A stretch of DNA of 64,000 nt from IMG/VR virus record IMGVR_UViG_3300029845_000007; one strand, given 5' to 3'. Both the position numbers and the translations under genes were made by a program. The stretch's first letter is position 1. The number at the start of each line of letters is the position of its first letter. Source of the DNA: a virus. The notes under the pieces were generated by a model. It was not told where the DNA came from and searched no databases. It worked only from the letters and a program-made list of their open reading frames with translations. Shown here piece after piece: positions 59,538 through 64,000 of this stretch.

Positions 59538-61000
59538 ATGATGTAACTGATATTTATAATGAAGCTGCTAATAAATGGTCTGATAACAAAGGTGTGGGTA
59601 GTGTTATTCTATCCGAACCACTAAGTGTAATGAACTTTGTTACAATGGTGTTAGATAAAATGGTAGCTAAAACTCCTGATTTAACGTCTCTTATTATAAC
59701 AGAGACAATGGAAGATAGAGCTAACATTACTTATTATCTTGACAACACTTCTGAACTAAAGGACATTCATAAACAATTAATTACTGATAAGAAATGTCTT
59801 ATACTTACTCGTGAATATGTAGAGCGTTCTCCATATAAACCTAGTCCTAGTAGTCATAAAGATGTTCTTATTACTATTAATGTTAAGAAGTTCCGAAAGA
59901 TTGCAGAGAAGTATAATGGTAATTACTTTAAGTTTAAACTACTTGCTACTAATGCTATTGATAGTGTTGCTGATAATGCTGTACTTATGTATAAGTATGC
60001 ACCTAAAGTATATGAAATTAATTATGCTCACTTAATCAATCGTTCTATTCATTCCCCCATAAAGGAGTACCAAAAAGGTGTTGTCCTAACTGATGCTGAT
60101 AGAATCTATTACGATAGATGTAGCCAATATATTAATGAAAGTGTTACTATATTTGGTAGTTTCGATAAGTTAGAAGAATGTCGTACTGGTAATCCTAGAC
60201 TAAATATTGCAGCTGAAACTTGTAGATTGCAAGTAGCGGAAAGTAATGGTTGGTCAGCTAAAATGGATATGACTGATGCTATGTGTCGTAAGATAGATGA
60301 ACTATATAATCCTAGTTCTTTAATTGAGAGAGTTAATCAAACTTATAACATTATCAGAGAAAGAACTAAGATAGTAACTGATAATATTGTTAAGTTAGAT
60401 GCTATACTTGATATAGTTAAGGAAAATATAGGCAAGAGAATACTAATTATTTCAAAGAATGGAGTATTTGCCAGTAAAGTAACAGAATATCTAAATGCTA
60501 ATATAAAGTATGAGGGTAAATCTATTATGACTAATGGTGAGATATTCCAAACTGGAATAAGTATATTACAGTATGATTATTGCGGAAACTATCATAACGA
60601 TATGGAAGGAATACAGGCTTATGACAAAAACGGAAAACCTAAAGTATATAAATCAGGAGCTAAAGTCGGACAGCCTGTAATCATAAAAGCTCAAGCCCAA
60701 AGAACGCGAAATTTGGAACTGTTTAATGACGACTATATGAAAGTATTGTCGGCAAATAATTCTATTGATACGAGCTTTAAAGGAGTTGTAGACGTTGTAA
60801 TTTTCACGTCACCTCTTTGTAGCTCCATACGAGACTTAAAATATCGAATACCTAATCTATCTTTTAGTTCTGTACCTAACATTATATATAAGATATATTG
60901 TCGAGGTACGAACGAAGAGAAGAAGTTAATAGAGACGAAAGGAGGAAAAGACTATGAAATAGTTAAAGATAGTGAAATTGATTTCATAATAGGAGAATAA
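59534..61000 (+). CDS. Replication-module protein of unknown function (488 aa).
   Basis: ORF. No clear catalytic motif was identified by eye. Confidence 0.6.
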   Translation: MNDVTDIYNEAANKWSDNKGVGSVILSEPLSVMNFVTMVLDKMVAKTPDLTSLIITETMEDRANITYYLDNTSELKDIHKQLITDKKCLILTREYVERSPYKPSPSSHKDVLITINVKKFRKIAEKYNGNYFKFKLLATNAIDSVADNAVLMYKYAPKVYEINYAHLINRSIHSPIKEYQKGVVLTDADRIYYDRCSQYINESVTIFGSFDKLEECRTGNPRLNIAAETCRLQVAESNGWSAKMDMTDAMCRKIDELYNPSSLIERVNQTYNIIRERTKIVTDNIVKLDAILDIVKENIGKRILIISKNGVFASKVTEYLNANIKYEGKSIMTNGEIFQTGISILQYDYCGNYHNDMEGIQAYDKNGKPKVYKSGAKVGQPVIIKAQAQRTRNLELFNDDYMKVLSANNSIDTSFKGVVDVVIFTSPLCSSIRDLKYRIPNLSFSSVPNIIYKIYCRGTNEEKKLIETKGGKDYEIVKDSEIDFIIGE

Positions 61001-61073
61001 TCGATGCTAGTCTTTGGAGTTAACAGAGAAATTAGTATCTTTGTAGAGTAATCAATAAGCGACCTTTGAAATA

Positions 61074-61988
61074 ATGGAAGAAGTAAAGACAGAGAATGAG
61101 AGAACTCTAGCTAAGACAGAACCAAAAGCAAAACCGAATAATAATAGTATGGTTATGGCTTCTGCTCTTAATACCCTAGACATTTACAATCCCGATGATA
61201 GGAGTAAGTTAGAGTTGTATCTGAAATCAGTAATGTCTAGTGATAAGTGCGGTATTAAGACTATTCAAGACGGTCTTGCAATATATAGCCGTGCTAAAGA
61301 GTTAGGTTTACCGTTTACTAGTTGTATTGAACATCTAGGAGTTATTAATGGTAAAACTACATTAGACGTTCACTTAATCAAAGCATTATTATTGAAGGCA
61401 GCTATAACATGGGAGTGCACAAAAGATTATATAGCTCTGTATGAATATACAGACGGTAATAATGTTTATATAGATAGTAAGATACCTGACTATTGTAGGC
61501 GATTCAAAAGCAAGAGAGAAGCTGATGAATTTAATGCTAGTGCTGATAATGACGAAATTGGTATTTATCCAGTTAGAAATTATCAAGATTATAACGGTAC
61601 AATCTACAAGGAATATCAGTTGAATAATAAGTTTGGTGTTGCAGCTAATCAACAACAAGCTAAAGATATTGCAGCGAAAGGATTAGTTCCAATATTCCGA
61701 ATACCTAATGTTCCTTGTGATTATATTACTGAATATAAACTTACTCGTATAGTAGATAATAGAGTTATTACTAGTATTGGTCATTTTAGTTATAGCGACG
61801 CTGTAACTGCTGGACTTGCTAGTAAAGATACTTATACTAAGTATATGAGAACACTTATCGGTCATAGAGCTTTTACGCTTGCAGCTCGTGATATAGCGGC
61901 TGATGTCATACTTGGTTGTATGGAAACAACAGAAGCTAAGATAGTGAACAATATGAGTATTGATGATGCTGATATTGTAGAGATTTGA
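61074..61988 (+). CDS. Hypothetical protein (304 aa). Possibly a RecT/Red-beta-like single-strand annealing protein, on weak evidence.
   Basis: Its size, its position next to the polymerase and the segment DGLAIYSRAKELGLP recall RecT. This is not a secure call. Confidence 0.25.
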   Translation: MEEVKTENERTLAKTEPKAKPNNNSMVMASALNTLDIYNPDDRSKLELYLKSVMSSDKCGIKTIQDGLAIYSRAKELGLPFTSCIEHLGVINGKTTLDVHLIKALLLKAAITWECTKDYIALYEYTDGNNVYIDSKIPDYCRRFKSKREADEFNASADNDEIGIYPVRNYQDYNGTIYKEYQLNNKFGVAANQQQAKDIAAKGLVPIFRIPNVPCDYITEYKLTRIVDNRVITSIGHFSYSDAVTAGLASKDTYTKYMRTLIGHRAFTLAARDIAADVILGCMETTEAKIVNNMSIDDADIVEI

Positions 61989-62110
61989 TAGTAATAGAAG
62001 TCTAACTATTACTAATCAATAGATACGAAATAAGACAAAACTTTACGCTAACAATGAGCTATATGCTCACTTTTAATAATTAATTATTAATCATTTAAAA
62101 TTTTACAATT

Positions 62111-62866
62111 ATGGGACTTCAATTTGGATTTTCCGCAGTACAGAGTGGTAAGAGAGTAATGCAATCTAGTAACGAACCTACATTGACAGCTAACAGCACT
62201 AAAGCTAAGTTTAGTCTTACAGGTGCAGTTACTCGTATCATGGGTCTTGTTCCTGGCGATACAGTTCAGTTTATTAGTAATGTTGCTGATATTGATGCAG
62301 CTATTGCTGAACGTGATGCTGAAGTTGTTGCATGGTGCGAAGCTAACAATGTTGAATTTGGTACAGAAGCTGCTCGTGCTGCACTCATCCAAACCTTTAG
62401 CGAATATGGTATCTGTAAAGGTGTACCTTTGTTCGAGAAAGACGGTAAAGTTAAACTTGTTGGTGTTCGTATGACAGCTGAACAAAAAGCTGCTGCTTTT
62501 GAACTGAACAAAGAGAAGATTGCAGAGGAACTTGGCAAGTCAGTAGAAGAAATCACTATTGATGATTATTCTCCTGTTACTCGTGCTTACTCTGGTGCAC
62601 GTACTTCTACTTCTTCCAATCTTAATGGTGTTGGTTTGCCGTTAACTTTCTCTGATTCCAGTATGTGGAATGAATTGAAAGAGAATCTCGGTGAAGATGC
62701 AGAGAAAATCAACCGTGTATTCGAGGTTAAACTTAACGAACCTTTCTCTGTTGCTGTTGAAACTGGTAGAGTTATCGGTGACGAAAAAGAAACTGTTGAA
62801 GTTAGTGCTTACAAGATTGTCTTCCAGTCTGATGAAGAACCTTCTGTTCGTCAGTCAGCTAAATAA
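62111..62866 (+). CDS. Abundant-looking acidic protein (251 aa) with GC-rich, high-expression codon usage. An SSB-like role is possible but unproven.
   Basis: ORF. Strong preference for gct, gtt, cgt and ggt codons, unlike the neighbours. It is followed by a strong terminator. Confidence 0.65.
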   Translation: MGLQFGFSAVQSGKRVMQSSNEPTLTANSTKAKFSLTGAVTRIMGLVPGDTVQFISNVADIDAAIAERDAEVVAWCEANNVEFGTEAARAALIQTFSEYGICKGVPLFEKDGKVKLVGVRMTAEQKAAAFELNKEKIAEELGKSVEEITIDDYSPVTRAYSGARTSTSSNLNGVGLPLTFSDSSMWNELKENLGEDAEKINRVFEVKLNEPFSVAVETGRVIGDEKETVEVSAYKIVFQSDEEPSVRQSAK

Positions 62867-62894
62867 GACTTCTTCCAGTAATAGCTAGATTATA

Positions 62895-62931
62895 AAGAGC
62901 TAAATTCTTAATTGAATTTAGCTCTTTTTTA
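62895..62931 (+). terminator. Strong rho-independent terminator AAGAGCTAAATTC-ttaatt-GAATTTAGCTCTT followed by TTTTTT.
   Basis: Perfect 13-bp stem with a T-run. Confidence 0.75.
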
Positions 62932-63037
62932 TTGGCTATAATTTTGAAATTTATTATATTTGGAAACTTTGCAATAAACAATAGCAAGCCTGTACAACTT
63001 GTTATTGCTAGTATTAATCTTTATAAAAACAATTTTT

Positions 63038-64000
63038 ATGAGTACTCAAAAAGAAGGAACTGCCAAAGTAGATGAATCAGTAGTAAATCAACCAGCTAAT
63101 AGTGCTGCAACTACTGCTCCTAAAAAGCGTCGTAGAGGTATTAGTAATGAAACAAGAACTACTTCTCGTAAGAAGTTCTCTCACAAAGATGCTATTAATA
63201 ATCTTTGGTTATTTGTTGGTCATCTCCATGCTCGTGTTGCTTGGGTAACTATGAAGGAAGAAAGCAATATGCGTCCTGCATTTGCAGGAAAAGCTGTTCC
63301 ACAGCTTATCATTGAAGCTACTTCTCTTCATACCAATCCTATTGATGTTCGTGTTGCAAGTAAGACATTCTGGGCTTATGAAAGTAATGTTGACTATATT
63401 CCTGGCGGTGCTAAAGAGAAGTTTATTAATATGGACTTTGCTTGGATAAAACACTTCCTTGATGTAGTTGTATTCAAAGGTCGTGAAATGACTGGTGAAG
63501 AATCTGAAATGCTTGAACTTGGTTATGTTGATTATGACGATAATGGTCAGTATGAACCAGTTGAAGTAGAAGATGTTATCAAGGCTTGGGGAGTTCTGTT
63601 TGACAATGTAGTTAAACTTGTTGAAACAGGTGGTGAGAATGGTAAGTCTGCATTACTTGATAAAGTAGGCAACCAAAGACAGTTTTGGTTCAGACTTAAT
63701 CGTTACTACAAGAACAAAGGTGATTGGGCTTTCTCCGGTCAAGGTTCAGAAGAAGGCGACTTAGTATTTCCGAACATTGTCGGACAAGGTATCTTTGAAG
63801 AAAAGTTCATGTTAGATGCTACTCATTTCAAAGAACCTAGTCTTATGTTTGATATTACTAAGGAACGTATTGCTCCTATGGACGGTGTTCAATCAAAACA
63901 AAAGAAAGCTCCTAATCTTGCAGCTGCCCCAGGTATTGGTGGTATTGCAATGGGTGCAGGAATTGTTCAACCTAGTATGGGTGGTATGCCAAACTTTGGT
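63038..64000 (+). CDS. Abundant-looking protein, truncated at its 3' end by the window edge (at least 321 aa). High-expression codon bias.
   Basis: Manual translation from the ATG at 63038 (MSTQKEGTAKVDESV...) stays open to the window end. It is absent from the ORF track because there is no stop in the window. Confidence 0.55.
   Translation, partial: MSTQKEGTAKVDESVVNQPANSAATTAPKKRRRGISNETRTTSRKKFSHKDAINNLWLFVGHLHARVAWVTMKEESNMRPAFAGKAVPQLIIEATSLHTNPIDVRVASKTFWAYESNVDYIPGGAKEKFINMDFAWIKHFLDVVVFKGREMTGEESEMLELGYVDYDDNGQYEPVEVEDVIKAWGVLFDNVVKLVETGGENGKSALLDKVGNQRQFWFRLNRYYKNKGDWAFSGQGSEEGDLVFPNIVGQGIFEEKFMLDATHFKEPSLMFDITKERIAPMDGVQSKQKKAPNLAAAPGIGGIAMGAGIVQPSMGGMPNFG

Noticed and set aside
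62087-62888. Overlapping ORFs in other frames and strands across 62111..62866.
   Set aside because: They are artefacts of the GC-rich codon usage of the real gene. Only the 251-aa frame has a sensible composition and a terminator directly after its stop.

Overview
This window is an AT-rich (about 30% GC) phage genome segment with the architecture of a crAss-like (Crassvirales) Bacteroidales podophage. Positions 1–46307 are one long minus-strand structural and morphogenesis operon. Its start and stop codons are tightly coupled (ATGA or TAATG overlaps). It encodes four giant virion or tail proteins of 1808, 1661, 2623 and 1153 aa. It also encodes candidate major capsid protein, portal, putative large terminase, an IHF/HU-like protein, a PD-(D/E)xK nuclease, lysis-like membrane proteins and a YkuD-like hydrolase. 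Positions 46308–50330 are a divergent, largely non-coding control region. It is packed with iteron-like tandem repeats, AT-rich direct repeats and palindromes, so it is the probable origin and early promoter region. Inside it sits a GC-rich island (47.5–49.0 kb) carrying a foreign-looking ORF and a winged-HTH Rep- or repressor-like gene. That gene is flanked by palindromic operators and CTGATAAGC iterons. Positions 50379–64000 are a plus-strand early and replication module. It contains small coiled-coil and zinc-ribbon proteins, a superfamily-1 helicase, a family B DNA polymerase, a possible RecT-like protein and abundant-looking GC-codon genes. The helicase gene is split by a group I intron carrying a GIY-YIG homing endonuclease. 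The most striking signal not explained by genes is a GC-rich 16–28 bp element with consensus TTCCCCCRTAAAGGAGCGTGATTGCTGT. It occurs at least 17 times in both orientations, in coding and non-coding DNA. Several clean intrinsic terminators are also present.
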